This document shows positions 1 through 9,229 of a stretch of 64,000 nucleotides of DNA, piece by piece. Numbering within the stretch: position 1 is the first letter of the stretch; each line of letters starts with the position of its first letter. This stretch comes from an uncultured virus (IMG/VR IMGVR_UViG_3300020048_000047) (Duplodnaviria; Heunggongvirae; Uroviricota; Caudoviricetes), in IMG/VR virus record IMGVR_UViG_3300020048_000047, positions 1-64,000 of that record. One strand, written 5' to 3'. The position numbers and the translations under genes were made by a program. Under the pieces are notes generated by a model. It saw only the letters and a program-made list of their open reading frames with translations. It was not told the origin of the DNA and did not search any database.

Positions 1-292
1 TGAAACGTAAAAGTGTTGCTATGGTATAAACATTATTAGATTGTAATAATGGTTCTTCGATAACTACCTTGGTAATTCCAAAATCACTATAATTGGTTAA
101 GAATTCTTTTTCAAAGATTTCAACCTTGCGAAATAATTCTTCCATTTTAGTTGCTGGCTGAGGCTTAACCTTTGGTGATACATGATGTAAAAGCTTAAGC
201 TTTCCATGGTCACCTAGGTCCTCAAATAATGCTATACCAATACATGAAGTTGATACATCGAGTGCTAATACAAATTCTGGTTCTTTTTCCAT
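1..292 (-). CDS. ruvC: RuvC-like Holliday junction resolvase (3'-truncated by the window edge)
   Basis: Not in the ORF track. Manual translation from ATG at 292 gives MEKEPEFVLALDVSTSCIGIALF...TKVVIEEPLLQSNNVYTIATLLRF, with the RuvC/RNase H-fold motifs LALDxS..GxA and VVIEE. Confidence 0.8.
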   Translation of the reverse strand, partial: MEKEPEFVLALDVSTSCIGIALFEDLGDHGKLKLLHHVSPKVKPQPATKMEELFRKVEIFEKEFLTNYSDFGITKVVIEEPLLQSNNVYTIATLLRF

Positions 293-337
293 AACGTTTT
301 TTATTCCAATTTAATTGTTTTTTTTAAAAAATAAAGT

Positions 338-1552
338 CTATAAAGAAATTGTTACACCTAAGGCCAAAAATTCGTTAATATTTTTTTCTTGTTGTCTATC
401 TAATTTACCAAATGCTATTATATTTCCAGCTGTATCATATAATGCAACTTCAGTTATTCTTGGGTTTTCAATACCAGTAAATGTAGGGTTGGTTGAAGCA
501 CCGAATTCTCCTCTACCAGCAATACATGTTATACTTTGGTAAACATTTGTCGATACACTATCAAATGTTACGGTAGCACCAGTTGTTACACCAGTTGCAT
601 TATAATCACCATAATCAGCAACAATAGTTGGGTCAGTTATTACTAAAAACCCCTTATCCAAAAATGCTATACCAACTAATGTATCGGCAGTATAACCAAG
701 TGTTGTATTGGTTTGTAAATTGAATAATTGTTTTCCGTTAAGACTAAAAGGTTTAACGGTTCCATTACCAGTAGCCCAACTTAATGATGCACTACCACCA
801 TTTGGTGTCATAATATTATCTGAGAATAAAAAAGCTATATTTGAACCAAATATATCCGATGTAGTTGAAGTATCTCTGAAATTACCATCTTCTGTTTCTA
901 CAGTAGAACCTTTACGTTGATAAGTACTATAAATATTATAAGTTGAACCAGTTGTCGGTAATACAAATTTCATAGTTTTTCCATCAATAGATTCACCATA
1001 TTTTGAATTGTCTATACCAAATACAACTATATTTGATACCGCAATACCGCTAACAGCGGTATCCGAAAAACCACCATTGGCATACGTAACACCAGTAATT
1101 ATAGTGTCATCAGCTGAATTTAATGGAAGACCAAAAGAATAAAATAAATTAACTAGAGAATCAGTAGTATAATTATTTCTATTTATAACCGATTGTGTTA
1201 AATAAGAACCACTAACTGTTACTTGACCATTTAAAATTGGTTCAGTAAAAATGCTAGTTGATTGAGATTCAACTGGTTTAGTCAAATTACCATTTCCATT
1301 GTAAATTAGTCTACTTTTAATATTAATGTTTGATGCAGTACTATTACCAACCGAATTATTGGTACCAACATCACCACCGCTAGATGGTACTTCACCACTA
1401 CCTAGTAATACAGTTGCTTTATAATTAGCATCTGAATCACCAAGTGCAAACGTTGATATTAGTGAATTGTTGGTAGAAACCATTAATTTTCTACCAAGTG
1501 GTGTTAATTTAGCATTAACAGTTAAAGTTGTTGCTGAAGAGTTGAATCCCAT
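338..1552 (-). CDS. Baseplate/tail-collar fibre-like structural protein
   Basis: Likely start is MGFNSS at 1552. N-terminal AKLTPLGRKLM..FALGDSD and C-terminal ITEVALYDTAGNIIAFGKL resemble tail-collar fibre (DUF3751-type) motifs. Paralogous with the adjacent gene. Confidence 0.6.
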   Translation of the reverse strand: MGFNSSATTLTVNAKLTPLGRKLMVSTNNSLISTFALGDSDANYKATVLLGSGEVPSSGGDVGTNNSVGNSTASNINIKSRLIYNGNGNLTKPVESQSTSIFTEPILNGQVTVSGSYLTQSVINRNNYTTDSLVNLFYSFGLPLNSADDTIITGVTYANGGFSDTAVSGIAVSNIVVFGIDNSKYGESIDGKTMKFVLPTTGSTYNIYSTYQRKGSTVETEDGNFRDTSTTSDIFGSNIAFLFSDNIMTPNGGSASLSWATGNGTVKPFSLNGKQLFNLQTNTTLGYTADTLVGIAFLDKGFLVITDPTIVADYGDYNATGVTTGATVTFDSVSTNVYQSITCIAGRGEFGASTNPTFTGIENPRITEVALYDTAGNIIAFGKLDRQQEKNINEFLALGVTISL

Positions 1553-1553
1553 A

Positions 1554-3695
1554 TTAAAAGTCGATTGATAATTCAAGTGTTATTGTACTATTCTTAATAG
1601 CTATTGGTGAACTAAGTTTACCAACACATACTAAATTTTTATCGCTATCATAAACACCAACTTCAGATACTTTAATATTTGGAGCCGACAATGATGTATT
1701 ATTCCTAGTAGGATTAGTTGTTGTGTTAAAATTTGAAGCAGATATTTGTAATTGGAAGATAGTTTTATAAATACTAGCACCAATAAATGTATTTAAATTA
1801 CCATAGAAAAATCTTTCATCACCAAATTGTAATTCATCTGGACTAACATTTGGTGCCATGTTCAATAATTCAATAAGGCTAAATGTTGATGAAGTTGCGT
1901 CTTTTAAAATATCTAAAGTGAAGCCTAATGCTGTAGGGTTTTGAGTTTCTAATAATTTAGGGTCAATTGTTTCACCAGCACCAGTTGTAATAGCAGTACT
2001 AGTAAAATCGTATGATTTCCAAGCAGCTGGGTCTGGTCTTATACTTGGGTCAGAAACTATTTGATATAAAAGTTTAAATTTATCAGCATAGAAACCATAA
2101 CCATCATAATTAGTTTCTTTTTTACGCATATAAGGTAAAAAATCTGTCTCGTTTATCTTAAACATCACATCTTTTGGCATGTTAGTTTCATTGATTAATT
2201 TAACAAAATTTTGACAATTTATACTAGATGTTAAACCAGTAGCACCAGTATTTTCTAGACTATATGTTAAATAAATTGTTTGATTTACAGGTAGAACACC
2301 AGTAGATGTACCACCGCTTGGTGATGCAAGAGTTGCACTTAATGTAGGAAGTGTCCAATTTCTATTTGATTTATAAGAAATAGCTGCTACAATTTCATCA
2401 TCATGGATAACAATTGTTTTTAATTGTGGATATACTCTACCAATAGCTTGTGCTGTAGTTGCTGATGAAATAAGACTTGGGTCTTCAATTAAATCAATAT
2501 ATTCTAAATCACTAGTACCAACATATTTAGTTGCACCAGTAGCAATGAATCTCATACCCATTGTTGTTCCACTAGCGGTACTGTAATCTCTTCTATGATA
2601 CATTAGGTCTGGTAAGTATATTTTAACTATTTTACTATTTAATGCATCCACATATAAAAATTCACCATAAAGATTTGAAATAGTATTATTAGTATAATGA
2701 ATTATAGAAATTGATTTGGAAACATCATCAGAAAAACTTGTTCCAGGTCCATTACATGAAAATGAAGCTGTAGTTGCTGTAGTTTGGCAAAGATATTCAA
2801 AAAATGGATTTTTGGCACCTAAGTATTCATAAGAACCATATTTGGTATAATCTTCATATGTTGTACCAGTAGTACCAGCAAGTGTTTCGCACCAAACATT
2901 ATTCATGTTCCAAACTGGAACATCATGACATGTTATATTGTTTGATGAATCAAACGATAATGTACCTGTATCCCAATATGATGTAGTATTTCCAGTAGCA
3001 ATAGTTTCATAAACTTCACCACCACGATAAATTAAAATTTGAGAATTAGCACCTTGAGAAGATAAATTAGGTAAATTTCTATCAACAGTTATTACAGTAT
3101 TACTAACCGAAACTTGTATAATCGATTTAATTTTATACCACAAGTTTGGTAGTGGCCTAGTATTTTCATCTTGAACGATAGTACCAGATGTATCATTAGC
3201 TAATTTAAGTAAAACTACGTCACCAACAGTAATTGCTGATGTATAAGTTAAATTAATTTGCGTACCCCCAGTTAAAACTGAATTAGCAATAACTTCATAA
3301 TATGGTGAATATATTGTATTTGAAAGGGTAGTATAAACACTACCAGATACACTAAAAAAACCTCTTTCATCCGCTTCATTATTAACTACAGCTTTAATTA
3401 CACTAAGATTATTAGTTCCAAGTGTTTGATATGGAGTTGTAGCACCTTCTTTAGAAATGAATGCTTTTATATTAGGTTGTCTATCAACTGGTCTCATAAT
3501 TCTACTACTTCCAGTTAATGTTGCGGTACCAGCTACAATAGCAGCATCAACTATTGTTTCTCTATTGTAATTAATTTCAGAATCACCAATCCCCCAATAT
3601 GAAAAATTAAGTTTTCCTTGTGCTAATTGCTCTCTACCCTTTTCTGTTAGTTTTATACTAACAAATGATGTTGCGTTTTTTATTAAATAACTCAT
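1554..3695 (-). CDS. Baseplate/tail-collar fibre-like structural protein
   Basis: 713 aa. Contains IKLTEKGREQLA..WGIGDSEINY and IKVSEVGVYDSDKNLVCVGKL; Ser/Thr-rich. Confidence 0.6.
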   Translation of the reverse strand: MSYLIKNATSFVSIKLTEKGREQLAQGKLNFSYWGIGDSEINYNRETIVDAAIVAGTATLTGSSRIMRPVDRQPNIKAFISKEGATTPYQTLGTNNLSVIKAVVNNEADERGFFSVSGSVYTTLSNTIYSPYYEVIANSVLTGGTQINLTYTSAITVGDVVLLKLANDTSGTIVQDENTRPLPNLWYKIKSIIQVSVSNTVITVDRNLPNLSSQGANSQILIYRGGEVYETIATGNTTSYWDTGTLSFDSSNNITCHDVPVWNMNNVWCETLAGTTGTTYEDYTKYGSYEYLGAKNPFFEYLCQTTATTASFSCNGPGTSFSDDVSKSISIIHYTNNTISNLYGEFLYVDALNSKIVKIYLPDLMYHRRDYSTASGTTMGMRFIATGATKYVGTSDLEYIDLIEDPSLISSATTAQAIGRVYPQLKTIVIHDDEIVAAISYKSNRNWTLPTLSATLASPSGGTSTGVLPVNQTIYLTYSLENTGATGLTSSINCQNFVKLINETNMPKDVMFKINETDFLPYMRKKETNYDGYGFYADKFKLLYQIVSDPSIRPDPAAWKSYDFTSTAITTGAGETIDPKLLETQNPTALGFTLDILKDATSSTFSLIELLNMAPNVSPDELQFGDERFFYGNLNTFIGASIYKTIFQLQISASNFNTTTNPTRNNTSLSAPNIKVSEVGVYDSDKNLVCVGKLSSPIAIKNSTITLELSIDF

Positions 3696-3754
3696 ATTTT
3701 ATAAATATATTTCTTTTTCTTATTTTAGTTATAAATATCTAATAGTAAATATTA

Positions 3755-5179
3755 TTAATAGGAATTTATACTATTAGTTTGAATTACTATTGGAATTGTT
3801 TCGCTATAAGCAGTACTACTCACGATATCACCACATAATGTCGCATAATTTTTTTCATTTTTAACTCGATAATATAAGGTTGTACCAACATTACCACTAG
3901 CGATAAAACTATTAGAATATGTCGTTTGACCAATCACATAACTAGTAGAACCACTTGAATATAATGTATTGAAAGTGCTAGCACTACTAACTTCTAATGA
4001 AAAAATACCATTTACTAATTGTGGTGGATTTGCTATCGCCCAAGAAACAACTGGTGTGTTGGTTATTAAACCATTAACAACATTTGTTATTGGAAAATAA
4101 ATAATTGTAATAATATCACCAATCATCAAATCACCCTCTAAAATAATTCGTTTAGGATTAGAACTAGATTGATAATAATCAATCCCATTAGCTAATGTAG
4201 CCCCATTTATCATAACAAGTATCGTATTTGACTCTACTGGTGTGATATTAGTATAAATTTCAAATTTACCAGTTGTTGTATTAAAATATGAGGTATTAAC
4301 ACCTTGATTATTAGATGTTCCGCTTACCACTGGTGATAATATATTAATATTGTCACCAACGATATTATTCCCACTACCCGTTGTATAAATGATTGTAATT
4401 ATATCATCATAAACAGTTTGAGCACTTAAAGTAATTACATTTCCACTAACAGTATAATCTAAATCTTTAGCTAATACTAAACCGTTTAATGTTAATACAT
4501 AGAATCCATCATTTGGGCTAGCTATAGTTAGATTTATTTCACCAGCTGGTGGTAAAATAACTTGTTGATATAATGTGTTTGATAACGGAATATTTGAAAC
4601 ATTTTGTGCAAATATTGGTGTATCGGCATTTCTAATAGCTCTGAAAAAATAATCGACACTAGAATCATAAATACCATATTCGGTTCCATACATATTCAAT
4701 AAAGTATCAACTTTTTTACCAAGTTTACTTAAATATTCAGTACATACATTGAAATCAAAATACCCTTTAACTAGATATTCACCATCCATTGATAACCCAC
4801 TAACAGGTACTGATTGTGTTGTAGAATTTGTTCCGCTAAAACCAGAATATTGTAAGATATCAGATTTATAAACTGGCGGTATAAAAAACAAGCCAGCATC
4901 ATTATTATATTTATAAATTTCATATTTAAATGTTGCGTTTGTTGCTGAAAATGCATTAGTATTAGCTGTAAATTGAAAAGTTAATGGAATAGTAGTCGCA
5001 GAACTTATAACATAAGTTGTTCCAGTATTACCAGTACAATCTATTTTAGAGGCACCACTAAGATTAAACATAGGTGGTTCAAAAATACAAATATCTGAAC
5101 TCATATTTACGTTCAATATATCCCTATTTCTAACAGCCTCATTGCTATTCTGTATATAAATTCGTTCTTGATATCTCAT
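3755..5179 (-). CDS. Virion structural protein with beta-sandwich repeats
   Basis: 474 aa. Two copies of V..NG..L..g.DY......I......D.I.I.Y (LTLNGLVLAKDLDYTV, VMINGATLANGIDYYQ). FN3-like C-terminus (LYYRVKN). Confidence 0.55.
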   Translation of the reverse strand: MRYQERIYIQNSNEAVRNRDILNVNMSSDICIFEPPMFNLSGASKIDCTGNTGTTYVISSATTIPLTFQFTANTNAFSATNATFKYEIYKYNNDAGLFFIPPVYKSDILQYSGFSGTNSTTQSVPVSGLSMDGEYLVKGYFDFNVCTEYLSKLGKKVDTLLNMYGTEYGIYDSSVDYFFRAIRNADTPIFAQNVSNIPLSNTLYQQVILPPAGEINLTIASPNDGFYVLTLNGLVLAKDLDYTVSGNVITLSAQTVYDDIITIIYTTGSGNNIVGDNINILSPVVSGTSNNQGVNTSYFNTTTGKFEIYTNITPVESNTILVMINGATLANGIDYYQSSSNPKRIILEGDLMIGDIITIIYFPITNVVNGLITNTPVVSWAIANPPQLVNGIFSLEVSSASTFNTLYSSGSTSYVIGQTTYSNSFIASGNVGTTLYYRVKNEKNYATLCGDIVSSTAYSETIPIVIQTNSINSY

Positions 5180-5421
5180 TAGTAGCTTATTTGTAATGTT
5201 GCTATTTCTATATTATTTTTGTTCTGTAAACCAAGCATTAGTGGTGTTGTTAACCTAGATGTCTTCTCGGTAGCTGATAGGTTCTGTAAGCACATTATAA
5301 GCCCATTTAAGCTAATATAATCCTCTAGTTGTATTTCACATCTAATTGACTTATTAAGTGCTGTAGTGCCCTTATTTTCAGTATAAGCTTTCCCTTCGAT
5401 ATTTTTAATTAATTGTACCAT
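5179..5421 (-). CDS. Hypothetical protein
   Basis: 80 aa ORF whose stop overlaps the next start (TAATG). Upstream ATATTTAT motif. Confidence 0.6.
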   Translation of the reverse strand: MVQLIKNIEGKAYTENKGTTALNKSIRCEIQLEDYISLNGLIMCLQNLSATEKTSRLTTPLMLGLQNKNNIEIATLQISY

Positions 5422-5432
5422 ACATATAAATA

Positions 5433-5945
5433 TTAACTTCTATTATAAAAATAATCCCAATGCTTTATATCGCCAATAAATTCAGACCCAGCATCGGTTT
5501 GTTTAATATAAACACCTTTACATAGGCTTAATTTATGATTAATACCAGTTATTGTTGTTAAATCAACACCAACATCATTTTTGAAAGATATTAAATCACA
5601 ACTATTACCATTTAATAATAAATTAATTTCATCACCAATAAAAACAAGTTGATTATAGGATTCTAGATATTCAATATATAAACTCTCAACAAAAGTATTT
5701 GCTATTAATGAATTTATTAAATTATTTGTTTTTAGCATATAATCAACATAATATATGTTTACAAAATCATCATATAATTTAACTATTTTATTACCACATG
5801 GTGTGTTTAAGTATTTACCTATCTTAGCTTCATAATTTTCATTAATACACTTAACATAGTTACTACTTAATTGACGTAATGCATTACCATAATCCTCCCA
5901 ATCTGGAATGATACATTTAAAATCTTCTGGGTCAAAAAAATACAT
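5433..5945 (-). CDS. Hypothetical protein (structural module)
   Basis: 170 aa ORF, co-oriented and tightly packed. Confidence 0.6.
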   Translation of the reverse strand: MYFFDPEDFKCIIPDWEDYGNALRQLSSNYVKCINENYEAKIGKYLNTPCGNKIVKLYDDFVNIYYVDYMLKTNNLINSLIANTFVESLYIEYLESYNQLVFIGDEINLLLNGNSCDLISFKNDVGVDLTTITGINHKLSLCKGVYIKQTDAGSEFIGDIKHWDYFYNRS

Positions 5946-5970
5946 ATATTTATTTTATTTTAATTTGTTT

Positions 5971-8900
5971 TTATAATGTTGAACCTGTTAAGTAGAATTT
6001 ATTTAGAATACAATCGATATACCCATTAACAAAATCCAATTCACCTTTAATTACATCACATGGGTTTTCAGAGTTAGTACATGTAAATAATGAACCCTTT
6101 TTATACTGGAATTTTTGTTGGTCGAAAATGTTATTTGAATAAATCTTAGCACTACCCCATATTGTTGTTGCTGGCACCACTTGTTCAACCAAATCAATCC
6201 AATAATCGCCAACAAGATTGGCAAATTTATCCATTGTCATATAATCAAACTTAGAACTTTCAGTACCACAATAATTAGTACTATTCATGTATCTTTCATA
6301 TAACGCTCTAAGTGTTGGATAGCTAGAAAGTGTTTTTCTAGATTTAGCATCAATCAATTCAGAAGTTAAAAAATATTCAAATTCTTCAATAGTAGTAATT
6401 CCCGTTAATGATTGTGTCATTAAATGGTTAAAATCTATTGTATCACCGCAAGTATTACCACTTTCACAAAATGAAGTATAAGTGCTTACATTAACTTTAT
6501 CAATTCTAGTACAATAAAACGTAGTATCACAAGAATTTAAAGAATAACCGTCTGGACAAGATAAGCCACTGTTTTGACCTAAATCAAAAACCTCACCAAA
6601 TTTATTCTTGGTACTAAACACAATATATGGTTCTAATTGAGTAGTTGCCGTTAGACCACTTAATACATCTGGTGTTGTTGAGTAAATTTCAGCACCAAAA
6701 GACGCTGAACCACTTTGATTTGCACCTTCCAATTCAATAATATTGATACCAGAAGTGAATGTTAATGGGAATACATGCCAATAATTAAAATTACCAGCAT
6801 CTAAATCTATATTTATAATTAATTGACCGTTAACCTTGATTCTAACGTAATTATCACCACAAATACCCAATGAATAAACACCACCTTCTGTTAGTGTTAA
6901 ACAATGTGTGAAACCAATCCACTCATCATTTGGAACTGTGGTTGTGGCCCATACACCAATGTTATTTAACCTACCCTTTATTGTTGGTGCTGATGGGTCA
7001 TCACCCCATAATGTGTTTCTAACGTTCTGGAGCAAAGTAATTGTAGTACCAGTACCATTATCATCACTTAATGGATTATAACCACCAATTGGAAAAATAG
7101 CATTGTCTATATTAGCGTAAAAATTAGTTCCATATTTGTTATAACTACTAACCGCTGTCGATTGAGTTGCAGTGTATGTTATAAGTGACGTAATTACGTC
7201 ACTTTGAAACGTTCTAAGACATGAATCACTTTCTGGTGTTAAAGAATACCCAATAGGGCATGAAATAACTGTTTGACCACTATTAGTTATACCAGTTAAT
7301 AAACATGGGTTATCAACAATATAACACCATACATCAGTTTCAATGGCTGATGCAATAGAAATATCTAAATCAATTTCTTTTGTGTTAATAACAAGTCTTT
7401 CATCCAATACATCATAATTAGTTTGTCTAATTGTATTTGTGTCGATATTTGTTGAAATATGAAATGGTCTATTTTCAAGACTAACATTATTAAGCCAAGA
7501 TTTTTTATTATCACGAATTTTATCAAGTTCAAAACCTGGGGATTTTGGAATGACTATTTGTTCTTCTTTAACAACTTTACAATTTTTGTTTAATTGTACA
7601 TTATCCAATAATAAACAAAAATCACCGCAATGTGAATTTACCTTGAAACTAATTTTAATTTTTTGATTTTTAATAGTTTCAAGAATAGAACTATCAGTAA
7701 TTTCTGTATTAAATGAAAGCCATTTAGACGCAAATACATTTGGTGATAAAGAATTATTAAATATGATTCTATTTAATTGTGTGTCAACTAAATTAGATTG
7801 TTGAAATAGAGTTTCAACTAAATTATTAGCTAAATTACTACATTTATTAGTATTTGCGTAATTTTCTAAATCAAAACTATATGGTGCTAAAAATGAAGTC
7901 ATAATTAATGGTGTACAAGCTGTTATACTAGTATTACCATCGGCTGGTGTACCACAAACATAAAAACCACTATTAGTTGTTGTTGCTAAGTATTCATATA
8001 AATTATTAGCACCGATACTTTTGAATAATGTAGTTTCACTAACTGTTACTAAACTAGTACCACTAATAACCTCAATTAACATCGATACATCTAATGTTTC
8101 AAATGCATTAATAGGTTGACTACAAGTGCTATTGGTAGCAGCATTTGTTAAATTGGTTAAATCGCTATTTAAAATATTTAATTCATTTTCACAATCTATT
8201 TGTCTTTCTTTTAAAACATTTAACTGATTTATTAGGTTAGTTTTAGTACCAAATGGTGTGGAACAAACTACAACATAACCATTATCAATAACAGGTGTTG
8301 CATCATTACCAGTATCAAAAGCAGTATTTTGAAAACCATATGGTGCTATTTGAGCTGAATTAGCAGCAACAATAGCATTTACATCATCACAAGTATATGA
8401 TAATGGGTCACCATTTAAAAAACTTTGATATCTAGTACCCAATATCTGTGACCAAGCATTTAAACCTTTAGGTTCAGTTAAGCAATATGTTACCGAAGTA
8501 TTATAAAAATATGAAGGTCTTGGGTTTGTTGTTGGTTTAGTATATGTTTGTTTCCAAACCCAAGAAAATGGAGCAAATGCAGTATTTTCAAAATTTGCCA
8601 TTCTAGTAAAATCAGTAGTTATTGGGTATGCATCCCAAGTCTCAGATATGTTTGGTGAAAATGTTTCACAAACAATTGAATAAGACGAATTAGCAATTTG
8701 TTCCTCTAAGATACTTATTTGATTAGTTAAATCATCACATAAAGCTATTTGCTCATTAATTTGGTTGGTAACATCAGTTATTTCGGACTGTATTGCATTT
8801 GATTGATTAATAACACTGGTTAATTTTTCACATTTAAATTTAAATAAATAATCAAAATTAATATTTAAATAACAATTTTCAGTATCTTCAAGATAAAATA

Positions 8901-9186
8901 AAGTACCATCATTACCATCTGGATTTAATGTAATTTTAAAAGGGTTTTCAATATCACAAGCATCAAAAGTAGTCCATTTACATTTTTGAGTATCAATATC
9001 AAATGAATAACCACTTTTCAACGCTTCACAACAAACCTTAGTTAATAATATAGGCCCATTAGGCATATATACAGACACAGTTCCATCAGTATTTTCAACG
9101 ATAGAACCATTAGATTCTTTAATATAAGATTCTGTTAAACATTTATTATAAGTAGCTGAACCGCCTTGTGCGTAAAAATATCCCAT
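5971..9186 (-). CDS. Large Cys-rich baseplate/fibre-associated protein with a PA14-like domain
   Basis: 1071 aa. Coiled coils, many Cys, and a PA14-like segment (GFTHCLTLTEGGVYSLGICGDNYVRIKVNGQLII) flanked by CPxGYSL repeats. Confidence 0.55.
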   Translation of the reverse strand: MGYFYAQGGSATYNKCLTESYIKESNGSIVENTDGTVSVYMPNGPILLTKVCCEALKSGYSFDIDTQKCKWTTFDACDIENPFKITLNPDGNDGTLFYLEDTENCYLNINFDYLFKFKCEKLTSVINQSNAIQSEITDVTNQINEQIALCDDLTNQISILEEQIANSSYSIVCETFSPNISETWDAYPITTDFTRMANFENTAFAPFSWVWKQTYTKPTTNPRPSYFYNTSVTYCLTEPKGLNAWSQILGTRYQSFLNGDPLSYTCDDVNAIVAANSAQIAPYGFQNTAFDTGNDATPVIDNGYVVVCSTPFGTKTNLINQLNVLKERQIDCENELNILNSDLTNLTNAATNSTCSQPINAFETLDVSMLIEVISGTSLVTVSETTLFKSIGANNLYEYLATTTNSGFYVCGTPADGNTSITACTPLIMTSFLAPYSFDLENYANTNKCSNLANNLVETLFQQSNLVDTQLNRIIFNNSLSPNVFASKWLSFNTEITDSSILETIKNQKIKISFKVNSHCGDFCLLLDNVQLNKNCKVVKEEQIVIPKSPGFELDKIRDNKKSWLNNVSLENRPFHISTNIDTNTIRQTNYDVLDERLVINTKEIDLDISIASAIETDVWCYIVDNPCLLTGITNSGQTVISCPIGYSLTPESDSCLRTFQSDVITSLITYTATQSTAVSSYNKYGTNFYANIDNAIFPIGGYNPLSDDNGTGTTITLLQNVRNTLWGDDPSAPTIKGRLNNIGVWATTTVPNDEWIGFTHCLTLTEGGVYSLGICGDNYVRIKVNGQLIINIDLDAGNFNYWHVFPLTFTSGINIIELEGANQSGSASFGAEIYSTTPDVLSGLTATTQLEPYIVFSTKNKFGEVFDLGQNSGLSCPDGYSLNSCDTTFYCTRIDKVNVSTYTSFCESGNTCGDTIDFNHLMTQSLTGITTIEEFEYFLTSELIDAKSRKTLSSYPTLRALYERYMNSTNYCGTESSKFDYMTMDKFANLVGDYWIDLVEQVVPATTIWGSAKIYSNNIFDQQKFQYKKGSLFTCTNSENPCDVIKGELDFVNGYIDCILNKFYLTGSTL

Positions 9187-9229
9187 TTTTATTTAATTCT
9201 TTATTATAAGTATTTCAAATACTTTTATT

